Assembly (NCBI GenBank): GCA_028280285.1
Contig: JANQMA010000026.1
Location: 64,822-128,821, forward strand
Direction: 5' to 3'
DNA: 64,000 nt
Source of the DNA: Candidatus Omnitrophota bacterium
GTDB lineage: Bacteria; Omnitrophota; Gorgyraeia; Zapsychrales; Zapsychraceae
Made by a program: the position numbers and the translations under genes. Shown one piece after another: positions 1-10,105 of the stretch (position 1 is the first letter of the stretch; every line of letters starts with the position of its first letter). The notes beneath the pieces are model-generated. The model made no database searches and was not told the origin of the DNA. It saw only the letters and a list, made by a program, of their open reading frames with translations.

Positions 1-1
1 G

Positions 2-769
2 AATATTGCCGAGATTAATGTTGGTGTTTATTGTTTTAAGGCGCAGGAGCTTTTTAAAGGCCTTAAATCGATTCAATTAAATACGAAGAAGAAAGAATTT
101 TATTTAACGGACATTATTGAACTCTTTACGGACAACGGACAGAAGGTTGCGGCTATTGAAACGGAAAATCCGGAGGAAGGTTTAGGCATTAATTCCCGTG
201 AGGATTTAGCGACGGCTGAGGCCGTTATTCGCAAACGTGTTTTACAAGATGTTATGGCGCAGGGCGTCACTGTGATTGATCCTAATTCAACCCATATTGG
301 GGCGAATGTTAAAATTGGACAGGATACCGTGATTAAACCTTTTACGGTGATTGAAGAGGATGTCAAGATTGGCAGTGGTTGTACGATTGGGCCGTTTGCG
401 CATCTGCGTCCTGGTGTGCGTATTGAGGATCATGTTGAGATCGGCAACTTTACAGAAGTATCACGGACAAAAATCGGGGCGAAAACACTGGTTAAGCATT
501 TCAGCTTTTTAGGCGATGCCACAGTCGGTAAAGGCGTTAATATTGGCGCTGGTGTTGTAACAGCCAATTATGATGGTGTCAGTAAAAATGCGACGAAAAT
601 AGAAGACAATGCTTTTATCGGTTCGGATGCGGTTTTAATTGCTCCGGTTAAAGTCGGAAAAAAGGCGACGGTTGGCGCCGGAAGCGTTGTAACGAAAAAA
701 GCTAACATTGCGGATAACACAACGGTCGTGGGCAGCCCGGCTAAAAAAGTAGAGAAAGGCAACGCATGA
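2..769 (+). CDS. glmU: Bifunctional UDP-GlcNAc pyrophosphorylase/glucosamine-1-P acetyltransferase, 5'-truncated by window edge
   Basis: Frame open from base 2 (EINVGVYCF...EFYLTDII); hexapeptide repeats, GPFAHLRPG, NYDG motifs; precedes prs. Confidence 0.95.
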   Translation, partial: NIAEINVGVYCFKAQELFKGLKSIQLNTKKKEFYLTDIIELFTDNGQKVAAIETENPEEGLGINSREDLATAEAVIRKRVLQDVMAQGVTVIDPNSTHIGANVKIGQDTVIKPFTVIEEDVKIGSGCTIGPFAHLRPGVRIEDHVEIGNFTEVSRTKIGAKTLVKHFSFLGDATVGKGVNIGAGVVTANYDGVSKNATKIEDNAFIGSDAVLIAPVKVGKKATVGAGSVVTKKANIADNTTVVGSPAKKVEKGNA

Positions 770-1713
770 ATGGTCTAGCGCTTATTGCCGGCAATGCCAA
801 TGGCGAATTAGCTCAAAAGATAAGTGACGAACTGGAAGTTCCATTGACGGACGTTTTGGTGTCGCGTTTTAGTGAAGGGGAAGTTAGGGTTGAGATTTTA
901 GAAAATATTCGTGGGAAAGATTTATTTATCATACAGCCCACATGTCCACCGACGAATGATAATTTGATGGAGTTGTTGATTATCATGGATGCGGCCAAGC
1001 GGGCTTCGGCCGATAGGATTACGGTGGTTATGCCGTATTATGGGTATGCACGTCAGGATCGTAAAGATCAGCCGCGTGTTCCGATTACAGCCAAACTTGT
1101 TGCCAATTTAATTGTCGCGGCAGGGGCTGACCGTGTTTTGACAATGGATTTGCATGCCAATCAGATTCAGGGGTTTTTCGATATTCCTGTGGATCACTTG
1201 TATGCCATTAATGAGTTGTGCAGTTATTTCAAATCAAAGGATTTGAAAGATCCGGTGGTTGTTTCCCCGGATGTGGGTGGTATTAAGATGGCCCGTGCGT
1301 ATGCCAAGCAGCTCAACGCAGGGTTGGCCATTGTTGATAAAAGGCGTTATTCACCGACGGATACGGAAGTGATGCATATCCTTGGTGAGGTGGAAGGCAA
1401 AACAGCTATTTTGGTTGATGATATCTGCGCAACCGCAGGATCATTGGTCGAGGCTATTGAGGCGTTAAAAAATGCAGGTGTCGGCGATGTGTATGCGACG
1501 GTGAGTCATGGTATACTTTCCGGACCTGCGATTGAGCGTATTCGTGGGTGCACTGATTTAAAAGAGCTGGTTATTACCGATAGTATTCCTCTCGCTGAGG
1601 ATAAGCAATCGGATAATATAAAGGTTGTTAGCATTTCATCGTTGATCGCAGAAGCGATTCACCGGATTCATGATGAAGAATCGATCAGTGTTTTATTTGA
1701 GGATAAGAAATAG
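766..1713 (+). CDS. prs: Ribose-phosphate pyrophosphokinase
   Basis: PYYGYARQDRK, VSPDVGG, LVDDICATAGS motifs. Confidence 0.97.
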   Translation: MNGLALIAGNANGELAQKISDELEVPLTDVLVSRFSEGEVRVEILENIRGKDLFIIQPTCPPTNDNLMELLIIMDAAKRASADRITVVMPYYGYARQDRKDQPRVPITAKLVANLIVAAGADRVLTMDLHANQIQGFFDIPVDHLYAINELCSYFKSKDLKDPVVVSPDVGGIKMARAYAKQLNAGLAIVDKRRYSPTDTEVMHILGEVEGKTAILVDDICATAGSLVEAIEALKNAGVGDVYATVSHGILSGPAIERIRGCTDLKELVITDSIPLAEDKQSDNIKVVSISSLIAEAIHRIHDEESISVLFEDKK

Positions 1714-1715
1714 AT

Positions 1716-1788
1716 TTGTTGTTAGTTGTCGGTTGATGGTTGTTGGTGATCCAAGCTCCAACAACAAACAACGAACAACCAACAACAA
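1716..1788. repeat. Heptamer-unit inverted repeat, TTGTTRG family
   Basis: Left ttg-ttgttag-ttgtcgg-ttgatgg-ttgttgg (1716-1746); right ccaacaa-caaacaa-cgaacaa-ccaacaa-caa (1758-1788). Confidence 0.9.
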
Positions 1789-1821
1789 TTAAAATAACAA
1801 ACAAAAGAGACGGTAAATCAA

Positions 1822-2550
1822 ATGGAAGAAGTAAAGTTAGATGTACAGGTAAGAAAAATTGTCGGAACGCGTTCGGTTAAATCAACGCGTCGTGACGGGT
1901 TTGTGCCGGCTGTTGTTTATGGTGGGGGCAAACACGGACCGACATCGATTAAAGTTGACCGGCGTAATTATGAAAAAATAAAACGTGAGCATCACGGACA
2001 AAGTGTTGTTTTTCATCTTAATGTCCTTGAGGGCGATAAAAAATTACGCGATTACTCTGCGATCGTCAAAGAAGAGCAGTTTGAGCCGGTTTCCGAAGGT
2101 CTTTTGCATATCGATTTCAAACGTATTTCTTTAAAGGAAGAGATCGAGGTCAAAGTTCAGATCAAGCTTATGGGTGAGGCTGTCGGTGTTAAGCAAGATG
2201 GCGGATCACTTGATCAGGCGATATGGGATCTGGATGTTGTGTGTTTGCCGACTAATCTTCCGGAGGCGATTGAAGTGGATGTCTCTGAACTTCATATCGG
2301 GCACGGTATTCATGTTAAGGATTTGAAGCTTCCACAAGGGGTAACAACCAAACATGATCCAGACTCTATGATCGCATCTGTTGTTGCGCCTATGAAAGAG
2401 GCGGAAGAGGAACCAGCGGAATCTGATACTGATGCGGAACCGGAAGTCATTGGAGAAAAAGAGCGTCAAGAGAAGCGCGAGACTAAAGAGGCAGAACAAG
2501 CAGCTAAAGAACAAGACGCAGAGGCTTCTGAGTCAGAAGAAAAATCTTAA
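1822..2550 (+). CDS. rplY: 50S ribosomal protein L25/Ctc
   Basis: VPAVVYG, LLHIDF, GVKQDGG, acidic tail; prs-rplY-pth synteny. Confidence 0.95.
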   Translation: MEEVKLDVQVRKIVGTRSVKSTRRDGFVPAVVYGGGKHGPTSIKVDRRNYEKIKREHHGQSVVFHLNVLEGDKKLRDYSAIVKEEQFEPVSEGLLHIDFKRISLKEEIEVKVQIKLMGEAVGVKQDGGSLDQAIWDLDVVCLPTNLPEAIEVDVSELHIGHGIHVKDLKLPQGVTTKHDPDSMIASVVAPMKEAEEEPAESDTDAEPEVIGEKERQEKRETKEAEQAAKEQDAEASESEEKS

Positions 2551-2569
2551 ATAAGGCAAGGATATTGTT

Positions 2570-3148
2570 TTGTCTGATGTCCGGCTGATAGTTGGTTTAG
2601 GAAATCCGGGAGGTGATTATGAATACACACGTCATAATTTGGGTTTCCTGGTTATATGCCGGTTGTCTGAAAAAATCGGTTTTAAGTTAGGTTTAAGTTC
2701 TTTTACAAATGGTTTAACAGCGGAAGGTGAATACAAAGGCATGGCCTTGTGTTTGCTTATGCCTTTAACATTTATGAATAATTCAGGTAAAGCTGTTAAA
2801 CGGGTCATCGAAGCCAAAGAGATACAGCTGGGAAATATGATTGTTGTTAGTGATGATTTCAATCTGGACTTTTTGCAGTTGAGATTGCGCTCGAAAGGTA
2901 GTGATGGCGGTCACAATGGTTTAAATTCTGTTATAGCATCCTTAGGTAGTGAGAAGTTTTCCCGATTACGTATGGGAATAGGATTGCCAAAGGACGGCGT
3001 GCCGACGGTAGATTATGTGCTTCAGGAATTTACTAAGGCTGAAAGAGAAGACCTTGATGACTATGTCAATGAAGCTGTCGATTGCTGTCTGTTCTGGTTA
3101 GAAGAGGGAGCGGCGAGGGCTATGGAAAAGTTTAATCAAAAAAGGTAG
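2570..3148 (+). CDS. pth: Peptidyl-tRNA hydrolase
   Basis: LIVGLGNPG, TRHNLGF, GGHNGL motifs; TTG start. Confidence 0.96.
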   Translation: MSDVRLIVGLGNPGGDYEYTRHNLGFLVICRLSEKIGFKLGLSSFTNGLTAEGEYKGMALCLLMPLTFMNNSGKAVKRVIEAKEIQLGNMIVVSDDFNLDFLQLRLRSKGSDGGHNGLNSVIASLGSEKFSRLRMGIGLPKDGVPTVDYVLQEFTKAEREDLDDYVNEAVDCCLFWLEEGAARAMEKFNQKR

Positions 3149-3156
3149 AACGAAAC

Positions 3157-3483
3157 ATGGAAAACGAAAAAATTAAAAAGTATGAACTTGTTGTTATTGT
3201 TGATGCGAATCAATCGTCTGATGCAAAAGAAGAGATTATCAAAGATGTTTCTGAAGAGGTAACGAAGTATGGCGCTAAAGTTATCAACAGTGACATATGG
3301 CTTGAAAAACAAAAGCTTTCCTTTGAAATCAAAAAATGCACAGAAGGAACATATTACGTAGTTAATTTTGAAAGTGACGGTTTGACGAATACAAAAATCA
3401 CACGCGCTTTGGAAATTAAAGAAAAAGTATTGCGTTTTATGATCGCGGTTGCTGAAGAAGCAAAAGTAGCAAAAGCAGCATAA
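3157..3483 (+). CDS. rpsF: 30S ribosomal protein S6
   Basis: YELVVI, LSFEIKK, VLRFMI; rpsF-ssb-rpsR-rplI order. Confidence 0.9.
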   Translation: MENEKIKKYELVVIVDANQSSDAKEEIIKDVSEEVTKYGAKVINSDIWLEKQKLSFEIKKCTEGTYYVVNFESDGLTNTKITRALEIKEKVLRFMIAVAEEAKVAKAA

Positions 3484-3530
3484 CAGTTAATTTAAAACAT
3501 CAATGAGAGTGATTGGTAAGGAGGAGTAAA

Positions 3531-3974
3531 ATGGCGAATTTAAATAAAGTATTTTTAATTGGGAATCTGACAAGAGATCCAGAGTTAAGATATACGCCAG
3601 GTGGAACAGCCGTAGCTAATTTAGGTCTTGCGGTGAATCGTAAATTCAAAGATAGTACGGGTGAATTAAAAGAGGAAGTATGTTTTTTAACCGTGACCGT
3701 TTGGGACAAACAGGCCGAAGCATGTTGCCAATATTTATCAAAGGGACGCCCTGTTTTTGTTGAAGGTGTTCTTCAGTCGCGTTTCTGGGAAACAAGTGAT
3801 GGACAAAAAAGAAGTGCGATCGATGTGCGCGCGGAAAGAGTTCAATTCCTCGGAGCGTATTCTAATGATAAAGGTAATGACACCAGTGAGGCAAATAAAA
3901 AAGCTGATGAGGCTTTAGCCGAAGTAACACCAGGTGAAGCAATTAAGCCTGAAGATATTGCGTGGGACGAATAA
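3531..3974 (+). CDS. ssb: Single-stranded DNA-binding protein
   Basis: NKVFLIGNLTRDPELRYT; ATG 3531 after AGGAGG. Confidence 0.96.
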   Translation: MANLNKVFLIGNLTRDPELRYTPGGTAVANLGLAVNRKFKDSTGELKEEVCFLTVTVWDKQAEACCQYLSKGRPVFVEGVLQSRFWETSDGQKRSAIDVRAERVQFLGAYSNDKGNDTSEANKKADEALAEVTPGEAIKPEDIAWDE

Positions 3975-3987
3975 TATTGATTATCGA

Positions 3988-4039
3988 GAGATGTTATCCC
4001 ACCGTTTGCACAAGCGGTGGGATTATCCCACAACATCTC
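3988..4039 (+). other. Intergenic stem-loop between ssb and rpsR
   Basis: gagatgtt/aacatctc outer stem; atcccaccgtttg/caagcggtgggat inner stem; 3' bulge tatcccac. Confidence 0.6.
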
Positions 4040-4059
4040 ATAGCAAGGAGAGAAGCTAA

Positions 4060-4314
4060 GTGAAACGCACAACAAAACCAAAACCAAGAAGAAGAATTAA
4101 TAGGCTCAAAAATTCAGCTAAATACAAGTTAGCTCCAGACGCTGTTATTGAGTATAAGAACATTCCACTGTTGCAGAAATATATTACGGAAAGAGGAAAA
4201 ATCATTCCTCGCCGTATTACAGGGGTAACAGCGAAAGAACAGCGTCAATTAACGACAGCGATTAAGCAGGCAAGATTTCTTGCATTGCTTGAAACCGGAG
4301 GAGTTAATAAATAA
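4060..4314 (+). CDS. rpsR: 30S ribosomal protein S18 (Cys-free form)
   Basis: [28 protein letters not shown]; GTG start. Confidence 0.95.
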   Translation: MKRTTKPKPRRRINRLKNSAKYKLAPDAVIEYKNIPLLQKYITERGKIIPRRITGVTAKEQRQLTTAIKQARFLALLETGGVNK

Positions 4315-4316
4315 TT

Positions 4317-4760
4317 ATGGAAGTTATTCTTATTAAAGATGTAGACAATTTGGGAAAGACAGGCGATGTGGTCAAAGTTAAAGATGGCTATGCCCGTAAT
4401 CGACTTCTTCCACAGAAACTGGCCTATGTGGCAACAGCTGGCAATTTGAAAAGAATTGAAAGGCTTGAAAAAAATCGTAAAGCACAATATGACGATGCCA
4501 AAAAACAGGCTCAAGAACTTGCCGAGAAAATTGCTAAGGCCTCACCGACGGTAAGTGTTGAGGTCAATGACTTGGAAAAATTATATGGTTCAGTAAGTGA
4601 AGTGGATATTGTTAAAGCGCTCGAAGTTGAAGGCTTTACAATTGATAAAAAACTAATCGTTATCGAAAAACCGATTGAAGAATTAGGTATTTTTGAAATT
4701 GATGTTAAACTTCATCCCGAAGTGACAGCCAAAGTGCGACTATGGGTAGCCAAGAAGTAA
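4317..4760 (+). CDS. rplI: 50S ribosomal protein L9
   Basis: LGKTGDVVKVKDGYARN, KLYGSV, KLHPEV. Confidence 0.96.
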   Translation: MEVILIKDVDNLGKTGDVVKVKDGYARNRLLPQKLAYVATAGNLKRIERLEKNRKAQYDDAKKQAQELAEKIAKASPTVSVEVNDLEKLYGSVSEVDIVKALEVEGFTIDKKLIVIEKPIEELGIFEIDVKLHPEVTAKVRLWVAKK

Positions 4761-6064
4761 AAGTACCTCCTCAAAATATCGATGCCGAAAAATCTGTTCT
4801 GGGAGCCATGTTGATTGACGATGAGGCTATCGGAACGGTTATCGAAATCGCTGATGAGTCGTGGTTTTACGATGACTCCCACCAAAAAATTTATCGTGCT
4901 ATTATTGATTTGTATAATGGCCGCAAGAATGTCGATCTTATAACTTTATCCGACAAACTTCGTGATGATAATGCCCTTGACAGCGTTGGGGGCGCATCCT
5001 ATTTATCCGAACTTATTGACGGTGTGCCGACTTCAGCCAACGTTGCGCATTATGCGCAGATTGTCAAAGAAAAGGGTATTCTTCGTCAGCTTATCCGCAA
5101 CTCCACCAAAATTATTAATGAAAGTTATGCGCCGAAGAACGCAATTGACGAAGTTGTTGATAATGCGGAGAAATTAATTTTTGAAATCGCGGATATGAAG
5201 CAGGCGCAGCAGTCGATTCATATTAAAGATGTGGTTAAAACCAGTATTGCGAAAATTGAGCATTTGTATCACCGTAAAGAGAGCATTACAGGCGTTCCGA
5301 CCGGCTTTGTGGATATCGATAAAATGACATCCGGTCTGCAGCCTTCAGATTTGATTATTGTCGCTGCACGGCCTTCAATGGGAAAGACGGCGCTGGCGAT
5401 TTCGATTGCCGAACATGTCGGGATTGATTATGAAGGTGGTGTGGGGATTTTTAGCCTTGAGATGTCAAAAGAGCAGTTGGTTCAGCGTATGCTTTGTTCA
5501 CAGGCGCGCGTGGATGCGCAAAAGGTACGGGGGGGATTCTTGCCTTCATCCGATTGGCCGAAGTTAACGAAAGCGGCCGGGCAATTGTCGGCTTCCAAAA
5601 TATATATTGATGACACGCCGGCTATCTCTGTGATGGAACTGCGTGCTAAAGCGCGCAGGCTTAAGGCCAATCATGATATCAATATGATTGTGCTTGATTA
5701 TATTCAGCTTATGCGAGGGCATAGTAAATCTGAAAGCCGACAACAGGAAATTTCTGAAATTTCACGAGCGCTTAAGGCGCTTGCGCGGGAATTGAATGTG
5801 CCGATTATTGCACTTAGCCAACTTTCACGTGCCGTTGAATCACGCCAGGACCACCGTCCACAATTATCGGATTTGCGTGAATCGGGGGCCATTGAGCAGG
5901 ACGCCGATGTGGTCCTTTTACTCATGCGTGAGGAATATTATAATCCCACCGAAGAAAACCGCAATAAAGCCGAGATTATTATCGCCAAGCAGCGTAACGG
6001 GCCTGTCGGCTCGGTGGAGCTGACCTTCATTAAAGAATTTGTCCGGTTTGAAAATCTTGCATAA
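4742..6064 (+). CDS. dnaB: Replicative DNA helicase
   Basis: AEKSVLGAML, AARPSMGKT, LSQLSR, DLRESGAIEQDAD, KQRNGP. Confidence 0.97.
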   Translation: MGSQEVKVPPQNIDAEKSVLGAMLIDDEAIGTVIEIADESWFYDDSHQKIYRAIIDLYNGRKNVDLITLSDKLRDDNALDSVGGASYLSELIDGVPTSANVAHYAQIVKEKGILRQLIRNSTKIINESYAPKNAIDEVVDNAEKLIFEIADMKQAQQSIHIKDVVKTSIAKIEHLYHRKESITGVPTGFVDIDKMTSGLQPSDLIIVAARPSMGKTALAISIAEHVGIDYEGGVGIFSLEMSKEQLVQRMLCSQARVDAQKVRGGFLPSSDWPKLTKAAGQLSASKIYIDDTPAISVMELRAKARRLKANHDINMIVLDYIQLMRGHSKSESRQQEISEISRALKALARELNVPIIALSQLSRAVESRQDHRPQLSDLRESGAIEQDADVVLLLMREEYYNPTEENRNKAEIIIAKQRNGPVGSVELTFIKEFVRFENLA

Positions 6065-6068
6065 CTGA

Positions 6069-6097
6069 TTGACATCATTATTTTTCATCCGTATAAT
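6069..6097 (+). promoter_or_regulatory. Consensus sigma70 promoter for bamA
   Basis: TTGACA-17 nt-TATAAT. Confidence 0.85.
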
Positions 6098-6146
6098 CAG
6101 ACCAACTGAAATGAAAGCCTATATAATCTAAATAGTTAGGATTTAT

Positions 6147-8459
6147 ATGAGAGTACTAGTACGTATTTTCTGCCTTTCGCTTTTTATAATTACATCTATT
6201 ACAGCTACAGGGTTTGCCCAAAATGCCGGCTCTTCATCAGACAAAAAAGTTGTTACGGCTATTGAAGTTGTGGGCAATAAGACCATCAGCATTGCAACGA
6301 TCCTCTCCAAAATCAAGACACGGGTTGGACAGAATTATCTGCAAACGGTTATCAGTGATGATTTGAAAAGGCTTTATAATACCGGTTATTTTGCCGATGT
6401 CCGTGTGGACCGTGAGGAGTTTGAAGGTGGTTTTAAAGTTGTTATCCTTGTCGATGAAAAGGCGATCATCGAAGAGATTACCTTCTCAAAGACCAAAAAA
6501 ATCCGTCCTAATGCCATCAAAAAGCAAATTAATTCCCAAGTTGGTAAGTTTTTAGACAACAAAGTTTTGAAAGATGATGTAAAAACAATCCGCGATATGT
6601 TCGATAAAAAAGGTATGTCGCTTGCCGAGGTCGAAGTAGAGACTTTTATCGACGATGTGACGAATAAGGTAAGTCTGCATTTTATTATTCGTGAAGGCTA
6701 TCAAGTCAAGATTGACAAAATTAATATCGGGGGCAATGCTTCTTTTAAGGACAGAAAACTTAAAAAACAACTTAAGTCAAAGACATCAAATATATTTAGA
6801 GGCGGGTATTTGAAGGAAGATCTATTAAAGGAAGATATGGAGCGGCTGACAGCGTTTTATGAGCAGAATGGGTATATTGATGCGCGTGTATCATACAATG
6901 TCGAACACCTTGTCAAAGGAAAGGTGTTGGTCAATATTAGTATAGAAGAGGGTAAGCGCTATAAAGTAGGTGATGTTTTTGTCGAAGGTAATGAAGTTGT
7001 CTCAGAGAAAGAAATCCGCCGTGCCATGCGGACGATTGAAGAAGGAAATATTTTTAGTCGTGAGAAATTGAAACTCGATGTGGCGAACATCCGCACACTT
7101 TATTTTGACCGCGGCTATATTTTTGCTGCGGTTAATGAAGCTTCATCTTTAGACGGTGAGACCGGGATGGTTGAGGTGAAGATTAATATTCAAGAAGGCG
7201 GACTGGCATACATTGAACGCGTTAAAGTGCAAGGTAACACACGCACAAGAGATATTGTTGTCCGCCGGGAATTACGTTTATATCCTGGAGACCGGTTTGA
7301 TGGTTCGAAATTAAGAAGAAGTAAAGAGCGTTTAAGCAACCTGGGTTATTTTGAAGATGTATCGTTTGATATTGAGGATACCGATACATTCGACCGTAAA
7401 AATCTTGTTGTTCAGGTCAAAGAAGCAAAGACGGGTTCGTTTAGTTTTGGCGGTGGATTTAGTACAGTAGACCGCGTTGTCGGGTTTATTGAAGTGGAGC
7501 AGCGCAACTTTGATATCACAAATTGGCCGACTTTTGTCGGGGGAGGTCAAAGACTTCAAGTACGCGCCGAAACAGGTTCAAGCAAAAACAATTTACTTCT
7601 CAGTTTTACCGAACCATGGGTCTTTGATCGGCCGATTTCTTTCGGATTTGATTTATATGCCCGTGACCGTGAGCGTGAAGATGATACCGGTTATGCGTAT
7701 GATGAAGAACGTGTTGGTGGGAAATTACGTTTGAGTAAACAGTTTGGCGAGTTTGATCGTGCAGGCATATCTTATAAATGGGAAGAGGTTGAAATTTCTA
7801 ATTTTGAACCAGGTGTGTCTGCCGCCCTGTTAGCGGAAGCCGGAACCAATGCGGTGAGTGTCTTCGGTATCAATTACACACACGATGAACGTGACAGTGT
7901 TTTTAATCCAAGAAAAGGTTGGGTTTTTAACTCTGGTTTTGATATTGCCGGTGGTATTCTTGGGGCAGATAAGGATTTTTATCGTGTGACGCTAGGGGGG
8001 AGTTACTATGTTCCTCTTGCGTATGATTCTGTCCTAGAGTTTAGGGCCCGTACCGGTATTGTCGATGCTTATGGGGACTCCAGCTCAGTACCTATTTTTG
8101 AACGGTTTTTCGCCGGTGGTGCCAGCAGCATCCGGGGTTATGAACAGCGTGGCGTCGGCCCGCAGGATGCCACCACCAAAGATCCTATTGGTGGGGAAAG
8201 CATGATTGTCTCCACAGTTGAGTACACTGTGCCGCTTCTTGATTTTCTTAAACTTGCGGTCTTTGTTGATAGTGGTGGTGTTTGGGAAAAGGTTGGCGAT
8301 TACGGCGACAGCGGATTTAAAACAGGCGCAGGTGTAGGCGCGCGTATTAAAACACCTATCGGCCCGATCAGTTTAGACTACGGTTATCCACTTAATGACG
8401 AGCCGGGCGAAGAAGACCAGTCCGGCAAATTCTACTTTAATGTAAGTCGAGGGTTCTAA
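6147..8459 (+). CDS. bamA: Outer membrane protein assembly factor BamA
   Basis: Signal peptide, POTRA repeats (GNTRTRD), IRGY motif, C-terminal Phe. Confidence 0.96.
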   Translation: MRVLVRIFCLSLFIITSITATGFAQNAGSSSDKKVVTAIEVVGNKTISIATILSKIKTRVGQNYLQTVISDDLKRLYNTGYFADVRVDREEFEGGFKVVILVDEKAIIEEITFSKTKKIRPNAIKKQINSQVGKFLDNKVLKDDVKTIRDMFDKKGMSLAEVEVETFIDDVTNKVSLHFIIREGYQVKIDKINIGGNASFKDRKLKKQLKSKTSNIFRGGYLKEDLLKEDMERLTAFYEQNGYIDARVSYNVEHLVKGKVLVNISIEEGKRYKVGDVFVEGNEVVSEKEIRRAMRTIEEGNIFSREKLKLDVANIRTLYFDRGYIFAAVNEASSLDGETGMVEVKINIQEGGLAYIERVKVQGNTRTRDIVVRRELRLYPGDRFDGSKLRRSKERLSNLGYFEDVSFDIEDTDTFDRKNLVVQVKEAKTGSFSFGGGFSTVDRVVGFIEVEQRNFDITNWPTFVGGGQRLQVRAETGSSKNNLLLSFTEPWVFDRPISFGFDLYARDREREDDTGYAYDEERVGGKLRLSKQFGEFDRAGISYKWEEVEISNFEPGVSAALLAEAGTNAVSVFGINYTHDERDSVFNPRKGWVFNSGFDIAGGILGADKDFYRVTLGGSYYVPLAYDSVLEFRARTGIVDAYGDSSSVPIFERFFAGGASSIRGYEQRGVGPQDATTKDPIGGESMIVSTVEYTVPLLDFLKLAVFVDSGGVWEKVGDYGDSGFKTGAGVGARIKTPIGPISLDYGYPLNDEPGEEDQSGKFYFNVSRGF

Positions 8460-8478
8460 TATCCCTCAAATTTTTAAA

Positions 8479-8507
8479 TTGCCCCGCTTATTAATAAGTG
8501 ATATCAT
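8479..8507 (+). promoter_or_regulatory. Putative sigma70 promoter for skp-lpx genes
   Basis: TTGCCC-17 nt-TATCAT with TGn extension. Confidence 0.5.
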
Positions 8508-8556
8508 AGCGGATTAATTCACAATTGTAACAGGGTGATGATTAAAGGAGGAACAC

Positions 8557-9060
8557 ATGAAATTGAGTAAGTTTGTCTTAGTATTTATATTTATCCTATC
8601 TTTATTTGTTTCGACGCAGGCTAGTGCGGAAGAAAAAATAGGATATGTTGATTTAAGTATTTTATTTGACGAATACTATAAAACCAAAGAGTTTGACGCA
8701 ATGCTTGAACAAAAACATAATGGCTACGAAGCAGAAAAGCAAGCCAAGCTTGAGAAATTACAAGAAGCCCAAGGTAAGTTGGCGCTTCTCAAAGAGGATA
8801 AAAAAGCCGAGCTTGAGGGCCAAATCGAGCAAATGCGTGCCGAATTGGTTGAATATGATCAGCAGCAAAAAACAACGCTCACCAAAGAAAGAAACGAAAA
8901 AATTCGTGACATATTGCTTGAAATCGAGAAGGTTGTTAGCACCTATGCAGAAAAAGAAGAGTACTCTATTATCCTCAATGATAGGGTTTTAATTTACGGA
9001 CAGCAGACACATAATCTTACCGAAAAGATTTTGAATATTTTAAATGCTGGCCAGGAATAG
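8557..9060 (+). CDS. skp: OmpH/Skp periplasmic chaperone
   Basis: Signal peptide, KIGYVD, coiled coil; bamA-skp-lpxD order. Confidence 0.92.
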   Translation: MKLSKFVLVFIFILSLFVSTQASAEEKIGYVDLSILFDEYYKTKEFDAMLEQKHNGYEAEKQAKLEKLQEAQGKLALLKEDKKAELEGQIEQMRAELVEYDQQQKTTLTKERNEKIRDILLEIEKVVSTYAEKEEYSIILNDRVLIYGQQTHNLTEKILNILNAGQE

Positions 9061-9073
9061 TAGGTTTTAGTTT

Positions 9074-10105
9074 ATGAAAATCACCCTGGCCGAAATTGCC
9101 AAGATAGTTGATGGTAAGGTTGTCGGTGATGAAAGTCTTACGGTTACGGGCCTCAGTGGTATCCAAGAAGCAGAAGAAGGCCAGTTAACTTTTATTGCCG
9201 ATAAAAAATTCACAACTTATCTTAAAGACACAAAAGCATCCGCCGTTATCGTTCCTCAAGGCTTTGCCCTAGACGATAAATCTGTTGTGCAAGTTGATAA
9301 TCCTTCTCTAGCATTTTCCAAAGTTATTTCTGCTTTATTTGAACCGTATACACCCTCATTTAAGGGGGTTGATCCAAAGGCATCTGTCGGTGCAGATGTT
9401 TCACTAGGTAAAGATGTTGTTATTGCTCCTTTTACGGTGATCGACGATGGATGTGTCATTGGTGATAATACGATTATTATGCCGGGAGGGTATGTTGGGC
9501 AAAATACACACATTGGCAGTAACTGTACAATTCATGCCAATGTTTCTGTGTATCATGATACGCGCATCGGCCATAATGTTATTATTCACAGCGGTACAGT
9601 GATTGGATCCGACGGTTTTGGTTATACACAGCAAGATGAGGCTCATCATAAAATACCGCAGATAGGTCATGTTGTTATAGAAGATGATGTTGAAATTGGG
9701 GCTAATGTGACGATTGACCGGGCCCGGTTTAATCAGACTATTATCCGGCGCGGCACTAAAATCGATAATCTTGTACAGATTGCTCATAACGTTGATATTG
9801 GCGAAGCGGCACTCATCATTTCGCAAGCCGGTGTTTCCGGCAGCGTTAATATTGGTAAAGGAGCAATCTTAGCTGGGCAGGCCGGCATTGCCGGTCATTT
9901 ATCCATCGGTGATGGTGCGATTGTCGCTGCGCAAGGTGGCGTGACAAAATCAGTCCCGTCAGGAGAAATGGTTTCCGGATATCCGGCCAAGCCGCACAAG
10001 GAGGCTCAGAAAGTCAACGCCGCACTGCAAAGATTGCCAGAGTATGTTAAAACAATCAGAGAATTAAAAAAGCGTGTGGACGAGTTAGAGAAGAAAGATA
10101 AATAA
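9074..10105 (+). CDS. lpxD: UDP-3-O-acylglucosamine N-acyltransferase
   Basis: [18 protein letters not shown], hexapeptide repeats. Confidence 0.96.
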   Translation: MKITLAEIAKIVDGKVVGDESLTVTGLSGIQEAEEGQLTFIADKKFTTYLKDTKASAVIVPQGFALDDKSVVQVDNPSLAFSKVISALFEPYTPSFKGVDPKASVGADVSLGKDVVIAPFTVIDDGCVIGDNTIIMPGGYVGQNTHIGSNCTIHANVSVYHDTRIGHNVIIHSGTVIGSDGFGYTQQDEAHHKIPQIGHVVIEDDVEIGANVTIDRARFNQTIIRRGTKIDNLVQIAHNVDIGEAALIISQAGVSGSVNIGKGAILAGQAGIAGHLSIGDGAIVAAQGGVTKSVPSGEMVSGYPAKPHKEAQKVNAALQRLPEYVKTIRELKKRVDELEKKDK

